Positions 11,404-23,424 of a stretch of DNA of 64,000 nt are shown here, piece after piece. The stretch is from assembly GCF_009834535.1 (NCBI RefSeq), contig NC_045707.1:50036001-50100000 (forward strand). The letters are read 5' to 3'. The position numbers and the translations under genes were made by a program. The stretch comes from Camelus ferus (Eukaryota). A model generated the notes under the pieces. It worked only from the letters and a program-made list of their open reading frames with translations. It searched no databases and was not told the DNA's origin. The stretch's first letter is position 1; every line of letters starts with the position of its first letter.

Positions 11404-13829
11404 ATTTTAGGTTTTGTTCTGACAGTTGTGGGAAGTTTTTGAAGAATTTTACATAAGGGAATGACACAACTTGATTTATACCTCAAAAATTTCCCTTTGG
11501 TTACTACGTGGAGATTGAACTACTGTTAGTAGAGAAATCAATTAGGAGCTATTATAGTAATATAATAATCTCAGCAGGAGATGATGGTGGTTCAGACTAG
11601 GGCGGCAGTCCTCTACCTTGGGTGATGGTCTGGGAGAGAGAGAAATTTGGGAGTTAGTAGCATACAAATGGTATATAAAGTCATGGGAATAGGTGAAGTC
11701 CTCTGGGAAGAATATAGAATCATGAGGGCAAATGCCTCATTTCTGAGTCCTGAAGATCTCCAGCTTTTATATCAGAAAAGGAGATAACAAAAGAATCAAG
11801 GAAGGAGTAGTTGGGAAAATAGGAAGGAAAGCCATTATAATAGAGTATCATGACAGCCAAGCTGTGAATAGAGCGGGGTACAAATGTTGACAAGAGGGGA
11901 GAAGATACTAAATAGTCACTAGAGAGAGTTGGGGAGGGAGTTAAAGAGCTGAGCACTGCTGGGCAGTGTGGAAGACCCATGTGCAATTGGTGACCGTGAA
12001 TTTACAGCGCTCCCAGTCTTCCCGGGGTGTGTCTCACAGTCCTCACGGGCACAGATACAGTCTAAGAAAAGGCAGAGTGGCTGGAATTTTTCCAGGGGAA
12101 TTTGAAGGAAGGAGGAAAAGTCAAAGGATTGAAGATACGTGTAAGAGAGGGATTATAAATTGGATTAGGAGAGAAATGAAGATGAATAAATTGGATAGTG
12201 AAATGAAGATCGTGAAAAGAGAGCCTCGGTGGAGAACGTAGGTCAGTGGATTAGAGTTCTGGATGAGATAGAAGCTGCTGAACAAGAAGGCTCTAAGGAA
12301 AGCATGTTGCCCAAGGACGGTGGGTTCAGTTAAGGGTCAGGGAGGTGTTCGTTCTGCCAGGAGCCAGGGTGTGACCATGGAATGGGTTGCTGAGGGAGCA
12401 TGGAAGAAAAGGTCTTTGGAGAGGCCTGGTTGTCCCTGGGTCTGAAATGTTCTTCGGCACATCACTCTGCTTGGCTGGCTCCCTCTTGTCCTTTGTGCCT
12501 CTGCTTAAAGTGCCACTCCATTCAGATCACTCCCTCTGAATTAAGTATTCTACCCCCACACAAAATTCTCGTTATGACATCCTGCTTTATCTGTCATGTC
12601 TCTTAGCGTGATTTAAAATGGTATGTTTGCCTGCAGGTTGACTTGTTTCCCTCTTTTCCACTTGAATTTAAGCTCCCCATGTAGAGTTTTTGCCTATTTT
12701 GTTACTTAGGACTCCCCACACTGCACCCACCATGCTTTATATGTTGTTGGGGTGAGGTATCTGCTGAAGGAACTAATAATACAGAGAGTTGGAACAGAAA
12801 GAAAGACTGTGAGCTGAAGTAGGTGAAACAGGAAAGAGAAAATGATTGTCACTTGAAAGGGTTGTAGGGAACTTGATGTCCCCAAGCAGAGTCAAAGTGT
12901 GAGTAGTTAAGTAGGAGGAGGGACTTTTGGAGAGGAGGCTGTATCTATAAGGGAGATCACATGGTGGGTGTTGCTCTGGCCCGGCAGTAGCTCTGGGGAA
13001 GGAGAGAAGGCCTGGGTCCCAGGGTCAGCTAAGGGGATATCGGAGCATTATGGAATGAGTGCAGGACGACTGATGACCAGAGGGGCTGAAGGCTTAAACT
13101 TTTGGCTATGACAGGGGGCACGGAGCATGAAGTGTGGTGGATTTACACTCAATAGCCTCTTGGAAGGTGATGGGCCCTTGTGTTTCACAGGGTAGTTTGG
13201 GAGGTGATAGGAGGGGAAAGGATGGAGGAAACGATAACCTGTGAAAGGCCCTCCCTTATGGAGGCAAAAACAGACAGCTCAGTAGCTTTGCTGAAGTGTG
13301 TAGCCAGTAAGCCGCACAGCCTGGCTGAGCCCGATTTCCAGTCACCTTCTGGAGCTGCACTCTTTCCATTAGGCCAGTTCCCCAGAGGGCTGCAGTCAAG
13401 TTTATACAAACTTTAGAAGAGTTTGAAAGTATTTTCACATGATTTGCATAATCTGAGCTACATTTTAGAAGTTTCCATTTAAAATTACGTAATTTTAACG
13501 TTGAAGTTGTCACCCCCCCGCCTTTGCCCTCTGGGTTACCCTGTCATTGACTCAATCCCTGTTAACCTATGGGATGTTTATAGACTAACTGATGGTAAAG
13601 TACAAATTTATTTTTCCTTGTTCTGACTGAAGAGAAACAGAATGGAATTTGGAATTTTTAAGTTATTTTCCTCACAGTGAAACCACCATAAAACTTTGCC
13701 AGAAGTTCTTTTTCTGTTATGGTTCTTGATGGTAGCCTGTGCAGCAGCTTTATATACTGTTATAGTTTAAAATATTAGTCCCAAGTGCTAAAGTAATCTC
13801 CAGAGTGCACTGAGAGGCAGTTGCAGAGT

Positions 13830-14240
13830 GCAGTGTTTCTCAGATTTCGACGTACATCGGAATTAACTGAGAAAGTGTTCACAAGTTCAGATTCCTAGGT
13901 CTCACTCTAAAGAATGTAACTTACTAGAAATACGCATTTTTATAACAAGGTCCCCAGTAATTCTAATGGAGATAATCCGTAAATCCCTAGTGCTTCTCAA
14001 ATCATTGGGTTCTTGGTTAAATGCCCAGGCTTTGGAGTCGGATAGAACTGAGCTATCCTTGGAGTTCTGCAACTTTCCATCCTGCGTGACTGGGGGCAGG
14101 TCAGTTAACGTCACCAAGCCTCGTTTCCTCATCCATGAAAGAGGGATAACGATAGTTACCTGCTTTGTGAGGGTTAAGTGAAAGAATGCCTACGAAGTTC
14201 TTCAGAGTACTTGGCCCGTAGTCACAACTCAGCGAGAGTT
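13830..14240. mobile_element. MER5-like fragment followed by MIR
   Basis: cagtgtttctca... start; MIR core caagcctcgtttcctcatccatgaaa. Confidence 0.65.
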
Positions 14241-15079
14241 TGTGTTGCTGTGATTGTCAGTCCTCATCAAGATATGGGTTTGAACAAGTTAAATTTCTTT
14301 AGAATGTCATTACTAAAGATTATTTTTTAAAGGAACCACAACTCCATTGAGACTCTGTTTACACTACCAAGTTAATTACTTAGTGTCAGGTAGCAGGAAA
14401 ATTATTCCCTCATTCAGGGCAGAGGAATTTCAAGTTAGTGCCACCACTAAATTATATTATTGCACAGTGCTTGGATAGTACCAGCTAATTCTGAAAGTAC
14501 TGCATAGGGCATTAACGTTTATCTAGTGATGATGAGAATATTGCCATTCTATTACGCAGCCCTCTCCCGTATTGCCGTCTGGTTATGGATGTGTGTGCCT
14601 GGGTATTACATTTTCTCTTCTTAAAAATGTTTATGGTGAACTCCTTCTTGTAGATTTCCTTAGAAGATTTCCTTGTTTATATTTCCCTGAAGAAGGTGAT
14701 CCAGTGTTTCTGTTGTGACCCAAAGAACAGCATGAATCTAGAAATGCAACAGAAAGTACAAAAGCATAGAGACCTCAAACTACACAGTTGAGGTTCATTG
14801 TGGTGGTGGATTTTAAAGTAGGACATAATGAGGGTAGAAAATATATTGAAGGACTTCCAAAATAACTGAAAAATTCAAGAATTTCTGTATCAATGTGATT
14901 GAGTTATTAGAACTCTCTTGAATATGGAATGAAAAGGCCTGAGAGGGATATACTCCAAATTTATAAAGCTGTGAGAGATACTATATTATGTACATGGAAC
15001 TTTTTAGTAAATTCTAAAATATGTACTCTGAGCCATCGGTAATTCTTTTGGGAATTTAGCACAGTGGTATCATGCACAT

Positions 15080-18000
15080 GTCAGGAACGACACATGTACA
15101 TCACAGCATCATTTGTAAAATTACAAGACCCTAAACAACCTAAATAGTGTAGACAGTTTAAATAAATTAAGGGATAGCTGCACCATGGAATACTATGCAG
15201 CTGTTGAAAAGGCTAAGGCAGACTTCTGCCTCCAGTCATGACAGTAGCTGGTAACCAAACTTGCTCTCCAGCTGAAACCAACTGTAAAATGAGAATATAG
15301 GAGGCAGCTGTTTTCAGGCATTGAGCAACAGAGAATGTGAAGCTGTGCTCTTTGCAAGAAGGAAACACAAGGTGAGCCCCACTCAGTCACCTTGGCTTTC
15401 TCCCTGGGGGCACTCTTCGTGCTGCACAGCAGAGAGGTGGTGACAGCCTGGCCGAGCTGAGGCACCAGAAGTTATAGTTCTGGCTGTGACGGGGCTGAAA
15501 TGTGTGGCAGGATTCCTGAGAAGTTGCTGCTGAGTGGGGAAGGCGGCCACAGGTGAGGTTTGGCTGAGGTTTAGGTTGAGGGTCTGTGAGGTCTAGCAGA
15601 GGTCACTTTCTGCCGGGCTGGAGGAGGACTGGTGATCCCAGTGACCATGCAGGGCTGGAAGTCCCTACAGCTCTAGCTGGGACAAAGGGGGAAATCCGGC
15701 CAAGCACCTCAGCTGAGACACCAGGGAGACAGGCCTTGGGCATCAGGACCACACCTGAAATAAAGGGCATGCCTGAAAACTAAATTCAGACCTGAAGGAG
15801 ATCCACTCTGACAACGGATAAAACCAAGTCTGACAAGATCGCAAAGGAGTAAAACTGCACACTGAACTCTAGTTAGTAGGATTGCTTTCTGCCGTGGTGT
15901 GGATGGGTGGGTGGTTCTGAAAGTGTGTACTTTCACACTTGAACAGAAATATATTGAATGTAATGGGAGCCAGGTTTTTTTACTGTGTAAATGTGAGAAC
16001 AGGGAGGGCTGGCATGTGTTCTGTGGCGTTAGATTGGAAGTGGAGTTATCAGCGTGAACTCATAATTTTTAGTATCTTTATCTTCATTTCTCCCTATGGA
16101 TAGATACAGCTTTCTGTTTATATCCAACTTCTTAGTTCTGTGTGCCGAGATTTCTGTTTATATCTTATTTCTTAGCTCTGTTCACTGACACACCAGTATC
16201 AATGAGGAAACATAGTTTCCAGATCTTGGTTTCTGAATACCATTCTGTATTAAAAGGAATCAGAGCTTCTTGAGGGGAAAATGGCCAATTCCAGGGCTGG
16301 CACAGGGAAAGTGCATCTTAGAACATCTTGGAATTCTAGAAATAATAAAGTACTCAAAGAATAATGGATGCACATCAGAAGGGCACCGAGGCCAGCCTTA
16401 AGGGGCTCTTGCTAGCCAAATCTGGAACAATATGAGTCAGATGATAGTTTTGAATTATAACCCATTGAGTAAAATAATCTATGAGTCCACATTGACATAA
16501 GCAAGTAAATGAATAAATAGATAAATGGAGAAAAAGAGATTCTTCCTTAAAATAATAAGTTAACAACTTAAATATTAGTTCATTAATTAAGCATTAATTA
16601 GTAAATTATAGGAAAATTGTGGGTTGGAAAATCATTGAAGGATGCTAAGATTAAGTGAATGACAGTTAATTGAGGAAGAGGATATTTTTATAGTTTAAAG
16701 TATCTCCCTACAAAAAGCTTATTAATTACAAAGGAGAAAAATTTTAACATTACAAGGCAAAAACCACCTAAACCAAGTGATCAAAGTTAATCTCACCAAT
16801 ACTAGGACAAACAGGTACCACGTGTACCCTAATAAGATGCACTGATAAGGGCACAACATAATTTCTGTGGTATTCTTGTCAAAAATGGATATCCTGAATC
16901 TAATGACAAGGAAACATCAGGAAAAACATTGATGAACTTGCTACAAAAATAATAGGTCTTCAGTCCTCAAAAATAGCAAGACCAAGAGTGATCTATAAAA
17001 TTTTCCTCTTATTTTACAGGAGACTAAAGACACATGGCAATTAATGTCCTGCATGTTCTGGGTTATATCATGAATTAGAGAAAATAGCTATAATTGGCAA
17101 AGTCCATATATGTGCTGTGGATGAGATAATAATCTATTAAATAGTATTTAATTTCCTGATTTTGTTAATTATACTGTGGTTTATGTGAGTAAATGTCCTT
17201 TTTCTTAGGAAAGACGTACTGAAGTGTTTAGTATTAAAGAGACGTTATGTCTCTAACTTGATTTCCAATAGGTAAGAAAAAATATGCATCTATAAAAGTG
17301 TTTATGTAGAGAGACAATAATAAAGCAAATGGACAATGATGGCAAAATCCAAGGTAAAGAAGATACAGGTGTTTCTTGTACTATCTTGTACTATTCTGTA
17401 AGCTTGAAATTACCACAATAAAAATTTATCAGAATCTTCTGATCTGTAGTCAGACACAGTATCCAGAGCACCACTGGCCCCACCAGTGATTGGATAAAGA
17501 AGTTATGGTGTGGATATAAATGTATATATATAGTGGGATACTACTCAGCCATAAAAAGAATGAAATAATGCCATTTGCAGCAACATGGATGGACATAGAG
17601 ATTGATATTAAGTGAAGTAAATCAGACAGAGAAAGACAAATATCATATGGTATCACTTACACGTGGAATCTAAAATGTGATACAAATGAATTTGTCTATA
17701 AAACAGAAGCAGGCTCACGTAGAAAGTGATCTTACAGTTACCAAAGGGGGAAGGGTCAGAGAGGGCTAAATTAGGAGTTTGGGATTAGCAGATACAAACT
17801 ACTATATAGAAAATAGATAAACAACAAGGTCCTACTGTATAGCACAGGGGAGTATATTCAATATCTTATAATAAACTATAATGGAAAAGAATATGAAAAA
17901 GAATATATATGTATAACTGAATCACTTTGCTGTACACTGGAAACTAACACAACATTGTAAATCAACTATATTTTAATAAAAAAATTATCGAAAATTAGTG

Positions 18001-18860
18001 GGGAAAGAATAAGGCTGCTCTCTGTGTTGATGAAGCATGATCTCCTGTACGTAATTCTAAGTGGGCTGGGGAGGGGAGGATAGGGAGCAAAATGCAGAAT
18101 GACAGGAATGCTATGCTACCATTTGTATAAAAAATAACGTAATATCTTTGTATGGTGCCAGATGGCAACTAGACTTGTGGTGATCACTTTGAAAGGTATA
18201 GAAATATCCTATCACTATGTCATGTCATGTACCAGAAACTAACACAGTGTTGTATGTAGATCAGTTATGCTTCAAAAACAAACAAACTCATAGGAAAAAA
18301 GATCAGATCTGTGGTTACCAGAGATGAGAGTGGGAGGAGGGGGAATTGGATGAAAGTAGTCAAAAGCTACACACTTTCAATTATAAGATAAATAAGTACT
18401 CGGGATGTAGTGTACAACATGACAAAGATAATTAACACTGCTGTATGTTATACATGAAAGGTATTAGAAGAGTAAATCCTGAGTTCTCATCACAAAGAAA
18501 AACATTTTTTCCTATTTCTTCAATGTTGTATCCGTACGAGGTGATGGATGCTCACTAAACTTGTTATAGTAATCATTTTATGGTATATCTAAGTCAAGTC
18601 ATTATGCTGTACACCTTAAGCTCATACAGTGAGGTCTATCAAATTATACCTCAATAAAACTGAAAGAAAAAATAAAAATGACCTAAAAAAACAACATGAT
18701 TAGACTCATATTTAAGCACACAGGAGAGAGGATACTCATTTTCTCTTAGAATATTCAAGAAAATGCCTTCAGGAAGGGGGACCGGGTGGCCGAGGGATGG
18801 ACGGAAATTTGGTAAATACTCTTGTAATATTGGAATTCTGTATCATATACATTTATGACC
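15080..18860 (+). mobile_element. Nested L1 cluster: old L1ME-like host interrupted by an L1MC/MD-like element (~15220-17430), a younger artiodactyl-type L1 3' end (~17485-17985) and an L1MA-like 3' end (~18150-18690)
   Basis: Successive L1 3' UTRs with A-rich tails; ORF2-end text gaaataatgccatttgcagcaacatggatggac; host sequence resumes at ~18004. Confidence 0.75.
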
Positions 18861-20790
18861 AATAGAAAAGATAACTTAACAACAAATGCAGAAATTGGAG
18901 GCAGTGCCATTTCTTTCCAGAAAAAGATACTCCTCACAGAGCAAACCTCTAATTAACTGTAGTTGATTTTGGTTAAATCAGTGAGAGAGCTCGGGTTGAC
19001 TGAAGTTATTGCTGCTTCTGGCGTCGCAATAACTGTTGGCCTTTTGGACATTATGGAGAGCAAACCATTTGCATTCTCTTTATTGTCACCTCCAGAAACG
19101 TGGCACTGGCTTACGTGAGCATGGACTTTGTTCTTTCTTCTGTCCTAGTGAGGATTTCTTGAAATAATGGATTATTGTTATAGACTATAAATAAATTCTT
19201 TTTAAATAGGTAGATTACCAGTTAAACTTTTCTCTTAATTTTCTCCCTTTGACATTTTATCTCAAAATAGACCAGTCAGATGACGACTGGTACAAGCTTT
19301 GACATTCTGAATGATGTGGTAATGTTTATAGAGGGTGTGGCTCCCTGAAAATGTATGAAAGCAAATTCCAAGTTGACACTGTGCAGAACTGGCTCCAATA
19401 ATCAAATACCTTCTATCATCATGGTATAAGGGTTTGGCGGGGCAAGGATAAGGAAGTAAGGGGGAAGTTCAGTGTTGGTTTTCATGGTTTCTAATAAGAA
19501 TGCATTCATGGGGTTTTTGTAGATTGTTGGTCTTTTTTCTGTTTTCTTGAGATTTGGAAGAAAAGGTGGAATGTGGCCTGAACCTCACAGCTCTAACTGG
19601 CACATCTCTGCCTCTGGAGTTTCATAATTATTAGGGCTTGGAAATACCACCTCGCTCTAAGGTTTGGCTGTCCTGTCTGTCCTTTAACTCATGTGTTCAT
19701 CCTGCCCTCTCAGTCTCTTCTCTTTAGTGAACCTCGTGCTGATAATGGCAAGTGTTGCTTTAATAGGAATATGTAGCCATCAACTCTAAATTTATGATTT
19801 TGGAGCATCCACTATGGTTAAGATACCCTTTTCCTTTTCAGCCAAAATATGTGAAGGCTCAAGTCCTGTGTCACCTTCTCGGTTAAGCATCATATTCTCA
19901 TCCCACTGTCCCCTTCCCTTCCAATTCATTATTGCTTCACCAGGATCCTATGATACTATTTTTTCCTGCCTTGCCATGTTGATTATTAGCGACCCTGTAA
20001 ACCTTCAGTGAGTTAATGAATCATTATCTCTCTCTACTGCCTCTCTCCCATTTTCTCCTCAGCCCACATCATTCCAGCTTTGATCCCACCACTTCACTGA
20101 AACAATTCTTACTGCCAAACCAGCATTTGGCCAATGGCCGACTTCTTGGGCAAATGACCTGTGTAGGTCCTACACTTGTTTAATGCTCTGCTATCACTGT
20201 CTTGACATTCTTAATGATTCTTCTGCAAGGGCCCCTAGATTTATGTTTTACACTAGACCCCACAAATTATATCACTGGTCCTGTCCTGTTCAGGCCTGAT
20301 CTTACTAAATCTCTCCGAAGCACCTGACACAGCTTGCCACCCTTTTGGAACACGTACTGAATTCCTGGACACCGTGGTCCCCTTGCCCCTCCGACTTTAC
20401 TCATGGCTCCTTCCTTTGCTCTTCCTTATCTCCAGGTTAAGTACCTTCATCCTCTCCTTCATCTAGACTCCTTTCCTGAGTGAGCTCTTCCAGTTTCCAG
20501 TCCTTAATGTATTTATCTAGATGGCTGGTGCTGACAGTAACAAAAACTAAAACTAGCAATAATAGCTACATTTGAGTGTTTTCTGTGTGCCAGGCACGTC
20601 TTACAAGTATTATTTTCCTTAATACTTTAAATGCCTTAATCTCATTAAATGTCTCTAAGATTCACCTGGGTGCCCAGGCCAAAAGCTGGCACCCTTGTTT
20701 TCTTTTCTCTTTCTCTCCCTCACACCTAATGTATTGGCGAGCCTTGCGGACTCTCCATTTACGATGTATCTTGGTTCTGATCACTTCTCC

Positions 20791-21399
20791 TGAGTCGGGG
20801 GGAAGGGGGCAAGGCACAACCACTGAAGGAATAACACAGCATTGAGGACAGGACACACTGGTTAGAACCAAGATGGTGGAAGATTCAACTTCCAGTAGAC
20901 CTTGAGCCTCATGGCACAGCCACAGTCACCAAGATAGCCCCTAGGCTGACGATTAAAGGTCAAAAAGTGGTTGGGAGCCCAATTCCTAGAAATCCCTCCC
21001 CCTCCCCCAAAGTAGTTGGAATAATCCTCCTATTCCATATGCTAATCATATGCTAATTAGCATATGAAATTAATGAGCTCATAATAACTAGCAACTCTGC
21101 ACCTCATGGTCGCTCTCTCTCTCTTGCCTTCTGAGATGGACCGCACTCTGTGGAGTACGCATCTACTTTTGTTTTAAACACCTCCACACCTCTTAGTCTC
21201 TCTCCCTCTCACCCTTTGGAGATGGCCCACATGCTGCCTATGAAGTATGTATCTCCTAAGCTGTTTCCCCTTCTGAGTGAGTCAGACCCCACTCTGTCTG
21301 TGGAGTGTATATCTCTCTAAGTAAACTTGCTCTCACTTTACTGTGTCTTGCTCTTGAATTCTTTTCCTGCGCTAGACAAGAACCTGTTCTCTGGCACCA
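20791..21399 (+). mobile_element. ERV1 solo LTR, MER41-like, with 4-bp TSD CTCC, inserted in L2
   Basis: TG...CA termini; CTCC at 20787-20790 and 21400-21403; U5-like end ctcttgaattcttttcctgcgctagacaagaacc. The family name is from recall. Confidence 0.8.
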
Positions 21400-21534
21400 C
21401 TCCCACTTCCACAGCCTTCTGCTTAGACCACACCACCACCTTCTCCTGGCTGGATTATTGCAATAGTCTCCTAATAGATTTTCTTCTTCCCCTGTGTATA
21501 CTCCTCACAACAGCCAGAGTGAGAGTTGTTTGTT

Positions 21535-22660
21535 TTGTTTAAACATTTTATTGAATGTATAAGATATGTACCACAATTGGACAACTTGCTGAATTTTCAC
21601 AGTGTGACATGCTCATTTTGCCAACACCCAGAGCAAGAAACAACATTACCAGTCCCCTCAGAAGCCCCTTGTGCTCCCTTCTAGCCTTTATCATCCCTCT
21701 CTGCCACCCACATAATCTCTGTGCTGACTCCACAGATCAGGTTTGCTTGTTCTTCATATAAATGAAATTTCAGGACACAGTAGGTACACTGTGTGAATAT
21801 ACCACAACTTATGTAACCGTTCTACTTTGATAGATAGTTGAGTTTCTAGTTTTGATCTACTTTGAATAGTAGTTTCACAAACATATCTGTACATGACTTC
21901 TGCTAAACATGCATACAAATTTCTGTAGGTATATATCTAGGAGTGGAATCGCTGAGTCACATGGTAAGTGCACATTCAGCTACAGTGGGTTTCAAGACAA
22001 TTTTCCAAGTGGGGTTATAACCACCGCATTATGTGAGAGTTCTGGTTGTTCCACATCCTCACCAAGAGTTTGTGTTATTTATCTTTCTTATTGTAGCCAT
22101 TCTGTTAACTGTGTACTGATAGCTCATTGTGGTTTTAACTTGTACTTTCTTGGTGACTAATGGATTTGAGCACTTTTTCATATGTGTCAGCCATTTGGCC
22201 ATTTGAATATCCTTTATGAACTGACTGTTTAAGCCCTTTCCTATTTGCCTATTGTGTTCTTTTGCCTTTCCATATTGATTTGTAGGATTCTTTATGTATT
22301 CTTTGTTATATGTTGGATTAATGTTTGAAAGTATATTCTTCCTCTCTGTGGCTTGCCTTTTCACTTGCTTAGTGGTATCTTTCAATGAAAAATATTTCTT
22401 GATTTTAGTACAAATTTTCATTCTTTTCCTGTAGTAATTTTAGTAGGTTAGTATTTTTCATGTCCTGTTTAAGCAATCTTTGCCTACCCCAGAGGCCATG
22501 AAAATTCTCTCCTTTGCCCTTTTCTAAAAGCTTATTGTGTTACCTATCACATTTAGATCTGCAATTTGCATGTAATTATTTTTGTGTATAGTATAAAGTG
22601 TAGGAGTCAAGATACATTTTTTTTCCTTATGAAAGAATAACCAGTTGACCCAACGTAATG
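21535..22660 (-). mobile_element. Old L1 (L1M) 3' region, antisense
   Basis: T-rich start, then reverse L1 text (ctcattgtggttttaacttg, tgagcactttttcatatg). Confidence 0.8.
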
Positions 22661-23029
22661 TTTTGTAAAAACCATCCTTTTGTCACTGTCAGAGTGGCAG
22701 TTTTCCTAAATAAGATCTCAAGATCCCCCTGCTCAGAGTCCTTCAATGGCTTAGAATTAAACACACACCCCTCACCAAGGCTCCTTACCTTTGCCAGCAT
22801 CTGCTTTCTCCTCGCTTCCACGGTTCTCTTTCTCCCCTCCCCTCTGGACATGCTGGTCTCCTTGCTGTTTCTCAGGCTTCCAAGTGCATTGTTGTCTCAG
22901 GCCCTCGCACATGGGGTTCTTTCTGCCCAGAGTGCTCTTTCTTCACTGCTTAGCCTGGATTACTCCTCATTTCTTTGTTCAAATGCCCCTTCCTCCGTAA
23001 GGACCATTAATCACCCCAAAGAACATTAA

Positions 23030-23285
23030 GGATATGGTCAAAAAGTATAAGCTTCCACTGGAAGTACTAGGAATACAATTATGTGATTAATATAATTAAC
23101 ACTGCTGTATGTTGTATATGAACGTTGTTAAAAGAGTAAATCATGAGTTCTCATCATGGGAAAAACATTTTTTTCTCTTTCTTTAATGAAAAATATGAGA
23201 TGATGGATGCTCACTAGACCTATTTTGGTAGTCATTTCATGATGTATATCTCAAAACTGGAAGGAAAAAAAGAATAAATAATATA
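23030..23285 (+). mobile_element. L1MA-like 3' fragment with internal deletion, inserted in L2
   Basis: Homologous to 80-330 and 18360-18680; L2 text on both sides. Confidence 0.75.
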
Positions 23286-23301
23286 TAAAAGTCCTCTGAA
23301 C

Positions 23302-23424
23302 AAGAATGAAAATTTGTACTAAAATCAAGAAATATTTTTCATTGAAAGATACCACTAAGCAAGTGAAAAGGCAAGCCACAGAAAGGAAGAATATCCTTTC
23401 AAACATTAATCCAACATGTAACAA
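23302..23424. repeat. Inverted copy of 22303-22425 (123 bp, 3 mismatches)
   Basis: Direct base-by-base reverse-complement comparison. Confidence 0.93.

Noticed and set aside
22059..22421. 120-aa minus-strand ORF resembling L1 ORF2 (KQVKRQATE...KDIQMA)
   Set aside because: A decayed L1 ORF2 C-terminal fragment, not a gene.
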